A stretch of 64,000 bases of DNA, from positions 6,806 to 70,805 of the forward strand of contig JBBTUX010000002.1 in the NCBI GenBank assembly GCA_038063555.1. Reading direction: 5' to 3'. Position 1 is the stretch's first letter. Every line of letters starts with the position of its first letter. Shown one piece after another: positions 17,985-28,704 of this stretch. Both the position numbers and the translations under genes were made by a program. A model generated the notes under the pieces. The model ran no database searches. It was not told where the DNA came from and saw only the letters and a program-made list of their open reading frames with translations. This DNA comes from Patescibacteria group bacterium. GTDB taxonomy: Bacteria > Patescibacteriota > Minisyncoccia > Phycocordibacterales > JAKFXT01.

Positions 17985-19109
17985 ATGAAGATTTTAATGA
18001 TTTCGACTGATTGGCGCATAGCTCTTTTGGGCAGTAAAGAGCATATACGAATGAGTGGTTATGCAACCGTAACAGAGGAACTACACATAATAGTTTTTAC
18101 TTTAAAAAGCCAAGGACTAAAATCAACTCAATCTGGAAATCTATATATTTATCCCACAAACTCTATTTTCAAATTATTATACGGAGTTAATGCTTATTTT
18201 TTATCAAATAAAATTAAAGAGAAGGGCATTACTTTAGTGACTGCACAAGACCCATTTGAAGCAGGTTTAATTGCTCTTAAAATTTCGAAGAAATTAAAAG
18301 CTTCTTTTCAAGTGCAACTTCATACCGACTTTGCTAGTACTTATTATGGTAGGGAATCATTCAAAAATCGTCTAAGGATAGCTATTGCAGATTATGTTAT
18401 CCCCAAGGCTAATTGCGTAAGAGTTGTTTCTAAACGTTTGCAAAGAGACCTCATTAATCGCTATGGTTTAAAGAAAGAGCCGTTTGTTTTACCAATACAC
18501 CTTGATATACCAATGTCTATACTTTCAGAGCATCAAGACTTGCTACGCGTTAAATACCCTAAGTTTGGCACAGTTATGGTTATGATTAGTCGAATCGAAA
18601 AAGAAAAAAATATGATTATGGCTATTAAGTGTTTTAATAATATATATAAAAGTTATCCGGGAGTCGGTCTTGTGATCGTTGGAGACGGATCTTTGAAAGC
18701 TGGTTTAGAAAAACTCGTTAGGAAACTTGGCCTTGAGGAAATTGTAATTTTTGAGGGATGGAGCGATAAGACAATAATATATTTTTTAAGCGCAGATTTA
18801 TTTTTAAATACTTCTAATTACGAAGGGTTCGGCAGAACTTTGATGGAAGCTTCCGCCGCAGGGTGTCCCATTATAACCACGGACGTTGGAATCGTGGGAG
18901 AAGTTTTAAACAATAAAAACGCTCTGATTTCAGCACCACAAGATGAACTAACTTTTCAAAATAATTTAGAATTTGCTCTAAAAAATAAAAACCTTATTAA
19001 GGAAAGAGCTAAGCTTGCTCGCAATGCTGTGAATTACTATATGTCTATTACGGAAGATGATCGTCTCTCTATGTATAAGAGCTCTTGGGAAGAATGTTCC
19101 CAAAAGTAA
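17985..19109 (+). CDS. GT4-family glycosyltransferase
   Basis: It carries ...TSNYEGFGRTLMEASAAGCPIITTDVGIVGEVL... Confidence 0.7.
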   Translation: MKILMISTDWRIALLGSKEHIRMSGYATVTEELHIIVFTLKSQGLKSTQSGNLYIYPTNSIFKLLYGVNAYFLSNKIKEKGITLVTAQDPFEAGLIALKISKKLKASFQVQLHTDFASTYYGRESFKNRLRIAIADYVIPKANCVRVVSKRLQRDLINRYGLKKEPFVLPIHLDIPMSILSEHQDLLRVKYPKFGTVMVMISRIEKEKNMIMAIKCFNNIYKSYPGVGLVIVGDGSLKAGLEKLVRKLGLEEIVIFEGWSDKTIIYFLSADLFLNTSNYEGFGRTLMEASAAGCPIITTDVGIVGEVLNNKNALISAPQDELTFQNNLEFALKNKNLIKERAKLARNAVNYYMSITEDDRLSMYKSSWEECSQK

Positions 19110-19110
19110 T

Positions 19111-20199
19111 ATGAAACTTTTAATCTTAACTCAAAAAATTGATAGGGATGATCCAGTTCTTGGCTTTTTTCACCAATGGGTTAAGGAGTTTGCAAAACAT
19201 TGGACAAGAATAACCGTAATTTGCCTTGAGAAGGGTTTTTATGATTTCCCAAAAAACACCGAGGTGTTTTCTCTTGGTAAAGAAGAAAAAGTTTCTAGGA
19301 TTATATATTTATTGCGTTTTTACAAATATATAATTTATGAACATAAAAATTATGATGCTGTTTTTGTGCATATGAACCAAGAGTATGTGTTGTTGGGTGG
19401 TTTGATATGGAAATTTTTTGGAAAAAATATAAGTATGTGGAGGAACCATTTGAAAGGGAGTTTTCTAACTAATTTAGCGGTATTTCTATCTGATAGGGTT
19501 TTTTGCACTTCCAATCAATCGTATACCACCCGATTTAAAAAAACCAAGATTATGCCTGCGGGAATAAATACAGATTTATTTAAACCCGATGCTTCAGTGC
19601 ACAAGAAACCAAAATCCATTCTTTTTTTGGGCCGAATCGATCCAGTCAAGAATGTTGATGTTTTTGTTGAAGCGCTCCAAAAATTAAGAAATGAAGGAAT
19701 AAAATTTTTTGCAACTATAGCAGGGGGCTCCTCGGATAAATATAAAGCGTATGAAAAAATGATTCATGAGAAAATAATTACGTATGATTTAGGCGATAAA
19801 GTGACATTTACTGGCGCCATGTCACAAAGAGAAGCTTTAAAATTGTATAGAGAGCATGAGTTTTATGTGAATTTGACCCCCTCCGGTAGTATGGACAAAA
19901 CTATTTTTGAAGCTCTTGCTTCCGGTCTTAAAGTTCTAGTCGCCAATACTTTTTTTAGGGATAAATTACCCGAAAGTTCTATTGTGGCAAATCCCAATGA
20001 TTTGGAAAGTTTGGTTTCCAAGATTAAAAACATCCTTAGCGATTCTCACGGCGACAACTCTGATTCTCAAAAAAATAACATGGCTTTCCTTGAGTGGCAT
20101 AGTTTGAATAATTTAATGAAAGAGCTAAAAGTAGCCATGACTAATACGAGAAAGGTTGTTTCAAAACAAACGAATGAAATTAATTTATATAACTTCTAA
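19111..20199 (+). CDS. GT4-family glycosyltransferase
   Basis: It has a GT-B C-terminal domain (...LTPSGSMDKTIFEALASGLKVLVAN...). The start is set at the internal ATG 19111, after the upstream stop. Confidence 0.6.
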   Translation: MKLLILTQKIDRDDPVLGFFHQWVKEFAKHWTRITVICLEKGFYDFPKNTEVFSLGKEEKVSRIIYLLRFYKYIIYEHKNYDAVFVHMNQEYVLLGGLIWKFFGKNISMWRNHLKGSFLTNLAVFLSDRVFCTSNQSYTTRFKKTKIMPAGINTDLFKPDASVHKKPKSILFLGRIDPVKNVDVFVEALQKLRNEGIKFFATIAGGSSDKYKAYEKMIHEKIITYDLGDKVTFTGAMSQREALKLYREHEFYVNLTPSGSMDKTIFEALASGLKVLVANTFFRDKLPESSIVANPNDLESLVSKIKNILSDSHGDNSDSQKNNMAFLEWHSLNNLMKELKVAMTNTRKVVSKQTNEINLYNF

Positions 20200-21286
20200 A
20201 AAATTTCCATCCACGAAAACTGACCCTTTCTATGTAAGGTCAATGGCACAGGCTTTCGCCGAGCTTTTGGGTAAAGATTTTTTGTTTTTTGTGAGAGGAA
20301 ATATTCCTGATGAATTGAAAGATGTAAATGCTATATCGGTGAAATTACCAAAACGTTTTAGAATCGCGCTTTACTTTATTTTTTTACCTATTTTTATTGT
20401 GTTGCATAAATGGAATGCCAAAGACATAGTTTTTTTTTCTTACGATCCTTTTTTATTGTCGATACTTATATTCTGGCGAAAAATTTTTAGATTTCAATAT
20501 TCTATCTGTTCTGACTGGCATCAACTTTTTGATGACTGGAAAGATAAATATGTAGCGAAAAATAGTGATTATCTGATATCCACCTCAAAAAGATTAAAAG
20601 AACTTCTGCACTCCGTCTGTGGCATTGATCAGAATAAAATATTGGTCGCTTATGGAGGGGTGAATGTAAATCTTTATATTGAGAAATCAAAAATAAAAAA
20701 AGAGGAGTATCGTCAAAAGTTAGAACTCCCGATAGATTCCTTCCTTGTGGGTTACGTAGGTAGTTTTAGAAGTGTTGGTATGGAAAAGGGGCTTGATATT
20801 ATGATCAAATCTTTTTCTTATCTAGACGAAAAAATAATGATGGTATTTGTGGGTGGTTCTAAACAACATATAAACGAATACATGATGTTAGCGAGAGAGA
20901 AAAATGTTCTGAACAGATGTATTTTTGTGGAAAAACAAAAGCCGTTTGATAAAGTTGTTGAATATATGTTGGCTATGGACATTTTAGTCATACCTTACCC
21001 GGACAAACGTCATTTTAGAGATTACGGTTTTCCAATGAAAGTGTGGGAATATATGGCTTCCGGGCGGCCGATAGTATACTCAAATCTTGAAATTATAGGG
21101 GAGATATTGAAAGGAAGAGCTACTGCTTTTAAGCCCGATGACGCATCTAGTCTTGCGGAAGCAATATTGTCTCTTTATCAAGATAGGGAATCGGCCGAAA
21201 GATTAGCAAAGCAAAATCCCGAGGATGTTTTAGCTTATACTTGGAAAGCAAGGGTTAAAAATATATTGGATTTTGTTAATCTATAA
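20174..21286 (+). CDS. GT4-family glycosyltransferase
   Basis: It carries ...VWEYMASGRPIVYSNLEIIGEIL... in a GT-B C-terminal domain. Confidence 0.6.
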   Translation: MKLIYITSKKFPSTKTDPFYVRSMAQAFAELLGKDFLFFVRGNIPDELKDVNAISVKLPKRFRIALYFIFLPIFIVLHKWNAKDIVFFSYDPFLLSILIFWRKIFRFQYSICSDWHQLFDDWKDKYVAKNSDYLISTSKRLKELLHSVCGIDQNKILVAYGGVNVNLYIEKSKIKKEEYRQKLELPIDSFLVGYVGSFRSVGMEKGLDIMIKSFSYLDEKIMMVFVGGSKQHINEYMMLAREKNVLNRCIFVEKQKPFDKVVEYMLAMDILVIPYPDKRHFRDYGFPMKVWEYMASGRPIVYSNLEIIGEILKGRATAFKPDDASSLAEAILSLYQDRESAERLAKQNPEDVLAYTWKARVKNILDFVNL

Positions 21287-21291
21287 ATAAC

Positions 21292-23121
21292 ATGTGCGGT
21301 ATATCGGGATTTAATTGGAAAGATGAAAACAAGGTATCCTCTATGGTGGGGGAACTTAATCACCGCGGACCTGATGCTAAGGGTATTTTTGTTGATGAAA
21401 AAATATCTCTTGGACACAACCGATTAAGTATTATTGACCTGTCAGCCAGGGCAAATCAACCAATGTTTGATAATGATAAAGATTTAGTGATTGTCTTTAA
21501 TGGAGAGATTTATAATTTTGAGGATTTGAAAAGGGAGTTAGAAGGAGAGTATGAATTTAAGACCAAGAGTGATACGGAAGTAATTCTTGCTGGATATAAA
21601 AAGTGGGGGAAGAATGTAGTCAATAAATTAAATGGCATGTTCGCTTTCGCTATTTGGAATAAAAGTAAGGAGGAATTATTTTGCGCTCGAGACCATGCGG
21701 GAGTTAAACCCTTCTATTATTTTTTTGATGGGGATAGATTTATATTTGCTTCGGAAATCAAAGCTATTTTAAAGCATGCAACGTCACGTAAGCTAAACAG
21801 GAACGCTTTCAATCAGTACTTGCGTATGCTCTATGTACCAGAGCCCATGACTATGATTGAAAATATTTACAAACTGCCTCCTAAAAGCACTCTGACTCTC
21901 AAAGACAAAAATCTCTTTGTAGAAGAATATAATAATCTAGCAGAAGAAACGAAAATTATTTCATACGAAGAAAACAGGGATATTTTGCGAGAGAAAGTCA
22001 TAGGTGCTGTAAAGAGGCAGCTTGTTTCCGATGTGCCTGTTGGAGTTTATCTTTCCGGAGGTATAGATTCTAGCGCGGTGCTATTTTCCATGACGAAGTT
22101 CTGCAAAGACATTGAAACTTTTTCTATTGGTTTTGAACTGGGAAAGGGAGAAGAAAAGGAAAAATTCAATAGTGACTTTGAGCTTGCGGGAAAAACGGCA
22201 AATTTTTTCGGGACTAAACACAATTCACTTTTGGTTTCCGCTAAAGACGCCAGGGACTCTTTCGAAGAAGCTGTGTCTAAATGTGATGATCCTATATCCA
22301 ATCCCACATCCATAGCAATGATGCTTCTTTCTAAGTTTGCCAAGAATAAAGTAAGTGTGGTCCTGACCGGAAGTGGCGGGGATGAACTTTTCGGTGGTTA
22401 TGATCGCTACAGAATAGCCCTCTTGGCATCTTACTATCAAAAACTCCCAAGGTTCTTGCGGGCAGTGGGCAATATAAACACAAGGGTTTCCAAAATGGAT
22501 TATAAAAATAAAATTGATCTTTTTGCGCAATTTATGTTTGAAAAAGATGACATACTCTCGGAAGTGATTTCACCGTCAGTTTTCCAAGAAGATGATGACA
22601 TTAAAAAATATTTTCAGCAAAAATATCTTTCTCAATGTATTGGTGATGTAGCTGATTGTTTTATGAAAGTAGACCAGAAAAGCTGGCTACCAGATTATTT
22701 CTTTATGCTTGCCGATAAAATGTCTATGGCTAATTCTCTTGAAGAGAGGGTCCCTTTGGTAGATAAGGAACTGGTTGCTTTCTCCAAGATAATACCAAGG
22801 TCTTTTAAACTAGATTTATTCAGGACAAAAAAAATTCTAAAAGATGCTTTCAGAAATGATTTACCAGAATATCTTTTTAATCAACCTAAGCGTGGTTGGT
22901 TTTCACCGGGGGCTAAATGGTTGAGAAACCCAGATTTTGCAAAATTTGCCAAAGAGGTCTTATCCGAAGATTATTACGAAGGCACTAGAGAGCTTTTCAA
23001 TTGGTCCAATGTGAGAGAATTGTTGGATAAGCATATACGCAAAGAGAAATACAATTTGACCATTCTCTGGGCTATTCTTACTTTTCAAATTTGGGCAAGG
23101 AAATACAGAATAGAAATATGA
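21292..23121 (+). CDS. asnB: Asparagine synthetase (glutamine-hydrolysing) / amidotransferase of the polysaccharide-locus type
   Basis: It has the N-terminal Ntn nucleophile MCGISGF, a class-II GATase domain and a PP-loop SGGIDSS in the synthetase domain. Confidence 0.8.
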   Translation: MCGISGFNWKDENKVSSMVGELNHRGPDAKGIFVDEKISLGHNRLSIIDLSARANQPMFDNDKDLVIVFNGEIYNFEDLKRELEGEYEFKTKSDTEVILAGYKKWGKNVVNKLNGMFAFAIWNKSKEELFCARDHAGVKPFYYFFDGDRFIFASEIKAILKHATSRKLNRNAFNQYLRMLYVPEPMTMIENIYKLPPKSTLTLKDKNLFVEEYNNLAEETKIISYEENRDILREKVIGAVKRQLVSDVPVGVYLSGGIDSSAVLFSMTKFCKDIETFSIGFELGKGEEKEKFNSDFELAGKTANFFGTKHNSLLVSAKDARDSFEEAVSKCDDPISNPTSIAMMLLSKFAKNKVSVVLTGSGGDELFGGYDRYRIALLASYYQKLPRFLRAVGNINTRVSKMDYKNKIDLFAQFMFEKDDILSEVISPSVFQEDDDIKKYFQQKYLSQCIGDVADCFMKVDQKSWLPDYFFMLADKMSMANSLEERVPLVDKELVAFSKIIPRSFKLDLFRTKKILKDAFRNDLPEYLFNQPKRGWFSPGAKWLRNPDFAKFAKEVLSEDYYEGTRELFNWSNVRELLDKHIRKEKYNLTILWAILTFQIWARKYRIEI

Positions 23122-24065
23122 AGACGGATAATAAAAGACATAAATTAATTGAAATGTTTCTTACTTCTGTATCAAAATACGAAGATTCTCTGCAGTATAT
23201 AAAGTTTGAAAAAGATAAGTTAAAAAGAATTTTGTATGGTTTAAATAAATTCGGTTTTTCTTATGTCTTATACAATTTGTCCAGATTTAAGGTACCTGGA
23301 CTTTTTGGTGATATTCGCGGTCAGTTTTTCTTTGGCAGAGAAATGATTTGGCCAATTGGGGACATCGGCGCTAATGTATTCTCCATGTATGGCATTTCTC
23401 CGCATAAAAGTGAAAAAAAGTTGGCTCTTTGGATTATTAAAAACATTGGGGACTCTGAAATTTTTTACGATGTCGGAGCGCATCTTGGATACTACACAGC
23501 CCTTTCTTTGGAAATTCTTACAAAAGGCGAAGTGCATGTATTTGAAGCAAATAATAAACTTTGCAGATATCTATATAAAAATTTTTCTGGTTTAAAAGGG
23601 GTTCATATCTCCTGCACCGCTATTGCCGATATTGTTGGAAAAGTAAATTTCTATGATGTGAGTAGTACTGAAGATAGTTCCACTAGCTCTCGATTTAACC
23701 TGTCGGGGAGAGAAATTGTTCCCTCAAGAATTGATGCAATCACTCTAGATGAGTATGTAAGGAGAGGGCGTAAAGCGCCAACGGTAATAAAGTTTGATAT
23801 TGAAGGCGGAGAATACGATGCGATTATGGGAGCCGAAAGTCTCATAAAAGGGAATAGACCCATGATTATTATGGAAGTTTGGGGGGGAGAGAAAGGTAGA
23901 AAATATTCCGAAAGAGCAGTTAAAAAACTTCAAGAGTTTGATTACAAAGCTTTCCCATTAAAAAGCGATGGCTCTGTTTCCGATAAACCTATAGAAGATC
24001 CAGTTGGAAACATTACAAATTTATCAAATGATGCTCGGGACAATTTTTTATTTTTGGTAAAATAA
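23091..24065 (+). CDS. FkbM-family SAM-dependent methyltransferase
   Basis: It has ...FYDVGAHLGYYT... and ...VFEANNK.... The likely start is M at about 23118. Confidence 0.55.
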   Translation: MGKEIQNRNMKTDNKRHKLIEMFLTSVSKYEDSLQYIKFEKDKLKRILYGLNKFGFSYVLYNLSRFKVPGLFGDIRGQFFFGREMIWPIGDIGANVFSMYGISPHKSEKKLALWIIKNIGDSEIFYDVGAHLGYYTALSLEILTKGEVHVFEANNKLCRYLYKNFSGLKGVHISCTAIADIVGKVNFYDVSSTEDSSTSSRFNLSGREIVPSRIDAITLDEYVRRGRKAPTVIKFDIEGGEYDAIMGAESLIKGNRPMIIMEVWGGEKGRKYSERAVKKLQEFDYKAFPLKSDGSVSDKPIEDPVGNITNLSNDARDNFLFLVK

Positions 24066-24068
24066 ATT

Positions 24069-25184
24069 ATGAGAATTACCTACATAGCCAATGCCCGTAT
24101 TCCCACCGAGAAAGCTCACGGCATTCAAATAATTAAGATGTGCGAGGCCTTCACCAACCTAGGTCATAGAGTTGAATTAGTAATTCCCAAACGCAAAAAT
24201 CCTATTCAGGAAGAAATTTTTTCTTACTATGGAGTAAAGAATAGTTTTGTTATAACTCGTCTTTGGTGCATTGATACGGTTAAATTTGGATTTTGGGGGT
24301 TTCTCTTGGAATGGCTATCATTTGCTGAAATGGCATTTTGGTATTTACTTTTCAAAAAAAACGATATTTATTTTGGCCGAGACTACGTGACCCTTCTTTA
24401 CCTAAGCCTTTTTCGAAGAAAAACCGTATGGGAAACTCATACTGGTGAGTGGAATATTTTAATTTGGCTCTTTTCTAAATTAGATAATAAAGTGGTGGCT
24501 ATTAGCCAGGGACTCAAAGATTTTTATGTAAAGAAAGGCGTGAAAGAAGAGAAAATTGTGGTAGCGCATGATGCGGTTGATTTGGAACAATTCACTGTTT
24601 CCATAAAGAAAGATGTGGCGCGAGAAAAACACGGCTTGCAAAGCGAGCTCCCACTGGCTTTGTATGCAGGTAAATTAGACGGATGGAAGGGGGTAGAAAC
24701 TTTACTGTTGGCCAGTCAGTTATTAATAGGCGAAGTTAAGATGGTAATAATAGGGGGCAGTGAAGAGGAAATAGTTACATTAAAAAAGAAATATCCGGAA
24801 GTTACTTTCCTTGGCTATCATCCCTATCGGCAATTACCGGAAATTCAACAGATGGCAGACGTGTTGGTAATTCCCAACACAAGCAAGAACATTGTTTCCC
24901 GACAATTCACTTCTCCTTTAAAAGTATTTGCGGCAATGGCCTCGGGGATTCCAATGGTGGTTTCTGATCTCCCTTCTGTGCGCGAGATTCTGGATGATTC
25001 AATGTGTTATTTCTTTTCCCCGGATAATGCAGAAAATCTTGCGAATGTTATCAAAATGGTGTTAACCGATGGAATGAACAGTCAAGTTAAGACAGAAAAG
25101 GCACTTTTGAAAGCGGAAATTTATACGTGGGAAAAGAGAGCGGCGAACATACTTAATTTCATGTCAAAAGATAATTCCAACTAA
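24069..25184 (+). CDS. GT4-family glycosyltransferase
   Basis: It has a GT-B fold with ...VFAAMASGIPMVVSDLPSVREIL... Confidence 0.7.
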   Translation: MRITYIANARIPTEKAHGIQIIKMCEAFTNLGHRVELVIPKRKNPIQEEIFSYYGVKNSFVITRLWCIDTVKFGFWGFLLEWLSFAEMAFWYLLFKKNDIYFGRDYVTLLYLSLFRRKTVWETHTGEWNILIWLFSKLDNKVVAISQGLKDFYVKKGVKEEKIVVAHDAVDLEQFTVSIKKDVAREKHGLQSELPLALYAGKLDGWKGVETLLLASQLLIGEVKMVIIGGSEEEIVTLKKKYPEVTFLGYHPYRQLPEIQQMADVLVIPNTSKNIVSRQFTSPLKVFAAMASGIPMVVSDLPSVREILDDSMCYFFSPDNAENLANVIKMVLTDGMNSQVKTEKALLKAEIYTWEKRAANILNFMSKDNSN

Positions 25185-25193
25185 AATAAAAAA

Positions 25194-25760
25194 ATGAAGG
25201 AGTTATTTTTACAGGATATTCCGCTTTCCCTTATAAGGCACAATGATTTGCCTTGCTATAATAAGGAGGGTTTTGGTGGCTGTAAAATTGAAATGTGGCC
25301 GATGTATAATTTTTTCCGCCAATATCTTGACAACAAAAAAGAATCTGCCAGACAAAATTTTGAAAATTGGTATAGAGAGCAACTTACCAAGTACCACGCT
25401 TCGCCAAAATCGGAGGGTGGTATGCGCCACGGGTCGCTGTATCAATTAATTGAAAAAAGATGCAATGCGCCGTTTTCCAAAGTCGAGGAGGGGTGCAAAG
25501 ACGAAGTCATAAGAGAAAGAGTGGGACAACGGTTTAAGATGCTTGAAGATATACAAAATCAAGGATATAAAGTGAATGAGACCGAGCGCATTGATGCGGT
25601 CAGAAAAAACGAATTGATTTATCTAAAGGGAGGGCATCATCGCGCTGCGGCGCTATCTGCTCTGGGAAAAACAGAGCTTCCGGGTGTTCTTGTTTTTCCA
25701 AATCAACTAGTTTATAACATGATTCGTTTTTGGCGATGGATAAAGTATGACAATATTTAA
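25194..25760 (+). CDS. Hypothetical protein with a ParB/sulfiredoxin-like motif
   Basis: Its ...YLKGGHHRAAALSALGK... resembles the ParB-like nuclease-domain motif DGHHR. It has no other recognisable domain. Confidence 0.3.
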   Translation: MKELFLQDIPLSLIRHNDLPCYNKEGFGGCKIEMWPMYNFFRQYLDNKKESARQNFENWYREQLTKYHASPKSEGGMRHGSLYQLIEKRCNAPFSKVEEGCKDEVIRERVGQRFKMLEDIQNQGYKVNETERIDAVRKNELIYLKGGHHRAAALSALGKTELPGVLVFPNQLVYNMIRFWRWIKYDNI

Positions 25761-26430
25761 AAATAAAGAAGAATATAAAAAATGGATTGAAATGGAGGAT
25801 TGGTATCAAACAATCAACCTTAAAAGCGGTTTAAAAACGGCAGGCAAAGCCCCAACACATTTGCGCGAGCCCCTTTTTGAAAAATTTGATTTAGAGAATA
25901 AATCTTTTTTGGATATTGGCTGCAATTCCGGACAATATTGTTTCTTGGCAAAAGATAAGGGTGCTTCCAAAGTGGTTGGAATTGATATAGAAAAAAAACG
26001 TATAGCGCAGGCGAAAACTCTTGCCGAAAACGAAGGATACGACATTGATTTTGAAAAACGCAGTATTTTTGATATAGACACTTTCCCCAAATTTGATGTG
26101 GTGTTTTGCATCGCGGTCCTTACTGAAATTCAAGATATTTTCGGCGCAATTGAAAAGTTGAAAAAAGTTATTGGGAAAATGGCTTATCTTGAACTGGAAT
26201 TGGCAAAACCGATATTTTATTTTTCGCACTCTAAATATTGGCTAAAAGGTTACCCCAATCTTTCGCGCCAGAATGCAGTGGCCGAAGTTAGGCAAACGCA
26301 CAACGACAAGTGGGTTATTAGCCCCTCTTTCGAAGTATTACGAGCGGCTTTTGGTGAGGAATTTAAACTTACACGTAAAGAAGGAGGCGTCCGATATGAC
26401 TTAGTTGAAGTGACTCGAGTTTCTAAGTAA
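25747..26430 (+). CDS. Class I SAM-dependent methyltransferase
   Basis: It has motif I LDIGCNSGQY, an acidic motif II VVGIDIE and a ...FDVVFC... segment. Confidence 0.6.
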   Translation: MTIFKNKEEYKKWIEMEDWYQTINLKSGLKTAGKAPTHLREPLFEKFDLENKSFLDIGCNSGQYCFLAKDKGASKVVGIDIEKKRIAQAKTLAENEGYDIDFEKRSIFDIDTFPKFDVVFCIAVLTEIQDIFGAIEKLKKVIGKMAYLELELAKPIFYFSHSKYWLKGYPNLSRQNAVAEVRQTHNDKWVISPSFEVLRAAFGEEFKLTRKEGGVRYDLVEVTRVSK

Positions 26431-26453
26431 TTTTAAGAATATAAATTTAAACT

Positions 26454-27617
26454 ATGAATTATTTATTGCGCATGCGAAATATCCTGCTGTTTATTCTCGC
26501 AATTTTCTCCATTGTTTTTTATGGGAATAGAAAAAAAATAAATAAGACGCCGAAGAAAATACTCATTATACAACTGGCGAAGTTGGGGGATATGGTTTGT
26601 ATGACTCCTGTTTTTCATGCGCTACGGCAGAATGTGCCTCAAACAAAAATATATGTAATGGGGGATGGAACAAATAAAGAATTACTAAAAGGCAATAATG
26701 ACATTGATGAATATTTAGTATTTCAACATGGGAGGTTGTTTTCTATGGTTAAGCAATTAAGGCGCGAAAAAATAAACGTTGCATGCATTCGTGGTACAGG
26801 GTTTGTTCCTCTTGTGGTAGCACTTCTTGCTGGTATACCCTTAATTATTACACCAAAAGTTACAAAAGGAAAGGCCCTTCAAACAAAAACCTACGAGTTG
26901 CTTCTTCCTTACGTGAAGACAGTTGATTTTAGATTTGGGGAATATATGCCACGCCAATTTTTACGATTGCTTGAACCGTTAGGTATAGTATCTTCCGACA
27001 CTAAAAAATATTTGGTATTTTCAGATACTGCACTTGAAAAAACAAACCAATTTTTAAAGCGTAATGGAATAGAATCGGAAAAATATCTTGTAGTAGGGAT
27101 ATCACCATCCGCAGGAAATAAAATAAAGGAATGGCCGGAAGAACGTTTCGCTGAAGTTGCTGATTATCTTATACAAAAACATAATGCGAAGGTGCTACTA
27201 ATTGGAGGACCACATGACGATCAAAAAGTGAAAAAGTTGATTAAAAATATTAAAAATATTGCAGGTGTTGTAAATACTCAAGGGGAATTTAATGTAGATG
27301 AGCTCAAGGCACTTGTCTCCAAGCTGGACCTGTTTATAAGCGTTGATACTGGCCCGATTTATATTGCGGAAGCATTTGGTGTACCCACAATTGATATCAT
27401 AGGACCAGTAGATGAAAAAGAGCAGCCCCCAATTTCAAATATTCACAGAATTGTTTATTGGAAGGACCGTAAAGCACCAGCAGTTCATATTTTGAATACG
27501 CGCATTTATGATGCTTATGAAGCCAGAAAACAGATAGAGTCAATTTCTGCTAAGGACGTTATCTCAACTTTTGAAGAATTAATCAGAGATTCAGAGTTCA
27601 GAAGGTTTGTGTGCTAA
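26454..27617 (+). CDS. GT9-family glycosyltransferase (heptosyltransferase-like)
   Basis: It has KILIIQLAKLGDMVCMTPVFHALRQ at the N-terminus and a GT-B C-terminal half with ...SVDTGPIYIAEAFGVPTI... Confidence 0.6.
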   Translation: MNYLLRMRNILLFILAIFSIVFYGNRKKINKTPKKILIIQLAKLGDMVCMTPVFHALRQNVPQTKIYVMGDGTNKELLKGNNDIDEYLVFQHGRLFSMVKQLRREKINVACIRGTGFVPLVVALLAGIPLIITPKVTKGKALQTKTYELLLPYVKTVDFRFGEYMPRQFLRLLEPLGIVSSDTKKYLVFSDTALEKTNQFLKRNGIESEKYLVVGISPSAGNKIKEWPEERFAEVADYLIQKHNAKVLLIGGPHDDQKVKKLIKNIKNIAGVVNTQGEFNVDELKALVSKLDLFISVDTGPIYIAEAFGVPTIDIIGPVDEKEQPPISNIHRIVYWKDRKAPAVHILNTRIYDAYEARKQIESISAKDVISTFEELIRDSEFRRFVC

Positions 27618-27632
27618 AATTGTTTATACAAC

Positions 27633-27887
27633 ATGGAAGCAAACGGGGATAAATTTTTAAAGCGTACAATAAATAGAATTCGTGATTCTCATATCGGGAG
27701 GTATTTTTTAAATAAAAGTTTTTTTGATTATTTTTGGACCGGAGGACTTTTCACCATTCTTAACATTTTTTTTGTGTGGCTCTTTATAGATATTTTTAAA
27801 ATTCCGACCATTATTTCTAGTATTGTCGTAATCGGCGGATTATTTATTGCTCGGTATGTAGTCTATAGATGGTTAAAGGTAATGTGA
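27633..27887 (+). CDS. Small GtrA-like membrane protein (2 TM helices)
   Basis: This 84-aa protein has two hydrophobic helices and a GtrA-like ...RYVVYRW... end. Confidence 0.35.
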   Translation: MEANGDKFLKRTINRIRDSHIGRYFLNKSFFDYFWTGGLFTILNIFFVWLFIDIFKIPTIISSIVVIGGLFIARYVVYRWLKVM

Positions 27888-27891
27888 AATT

Positions 27892-28503
27892 ATGATCTCT
27901 TTAATCTCTTTATTGAAAAAACTTCCCATAGATGTGGGTCAGGCTGAAATGAAGCACACAAGCGCAGGAAAACGCATCGCATTTTCATTTGTAGAGGATG
28001 GGAATGGGAAAGCAGCTCTTGATATAGGGTGTCGCGATGGTTATTGGTCGGAGAAGCTAAAAGAAAAAGGATATCAAGTAAAATCTTTGGATATTGAACC
28101 CCGCTACGACAATGCCATAACTCACAATGTGGAAACAGGTTTGCCATTTGCTGATAAATCATTTGATCTCGTTTGGTGCACGGAGGTTATAGAACATTTG
28201 CACAAACCATCCTTTTTATTGGAAGAGATTGAAAGAGTTTTAAGACCTGGGGGTAAAGTTATTTTAACTACCCCTAATTCCGGTTGGTGGTTTTATTGGA
28301 TTGTGAGTCTTTGGGGGTGGACTCCACAAAAACTACAAAATTTGGATCATAAACAATTTTTCAAAGAAAAAGATATAAGAAAAATTGCGGGCAAAAATTA
28401 TGATTTATTCGGTTACTTTCCCTATGCTTTCTTTTTCTTTCGCATAAGCTTCCTTATTGGCGCGCTTTCGCCGACTTTTATACTTGTCCGCAGAGTTTGT
28501 TAA
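27892..28503 (+). CDS. Class I SAM-dependent methyltransferase (Methyltransf_11-like)
   Basis: It has LDIGCRDGYW as motif I and ...RVLRPGGKVILTTPN... Confidence 0.6.
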   Translation: MISLISLLKKLPIDVGQAEMKHTSAGKRIAFSFVEDGNGKAALDIGCRDGYWSEKLKEKGYQVKSLDIEPRYDNAITHNVETGLPFADKSFDLVWCTEVIEHLHKPSFLLEEIERVLRPGGKVILTTPNSGWWFYWIVSLWGWTPQKLQNLDHKQFFKEKDIRKIAGKNYDLFGYFPYAFFFFRISFLIGALSPTFILVRRVC

Positions 28504-28664
28504 TCATTCATTTACCACGACACCATCCACATTTGTTTTCGTGACATTTATTGAGTGCGCACGTTTACAATAAAAAAAAGACATGTCGGTAAGCAAACTC
28601 AATTTTAACAAACTAAGGTTATTGAGATTATTGAAGAGTTATTAGTTGATTTATATAAAGGAAA

Positions 28665-28702
28665 ATAAAAAAACCGCTCGGCCTATATTGTGGCAAAGCG
28701 GG
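28665..28702 (-). terminator. Rho-independent terminator for the minus-strand SDR gene
   Basis: The minus strand reads CCCGCTTTGCCACAATATAGGCCGAGCGG followed by TTTTTTTATTTT, which is a GC stem plus T-tract, immediately 3' of the SDR stop. Confidence 0.5.
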
Positions 28703-28704
28703 AA

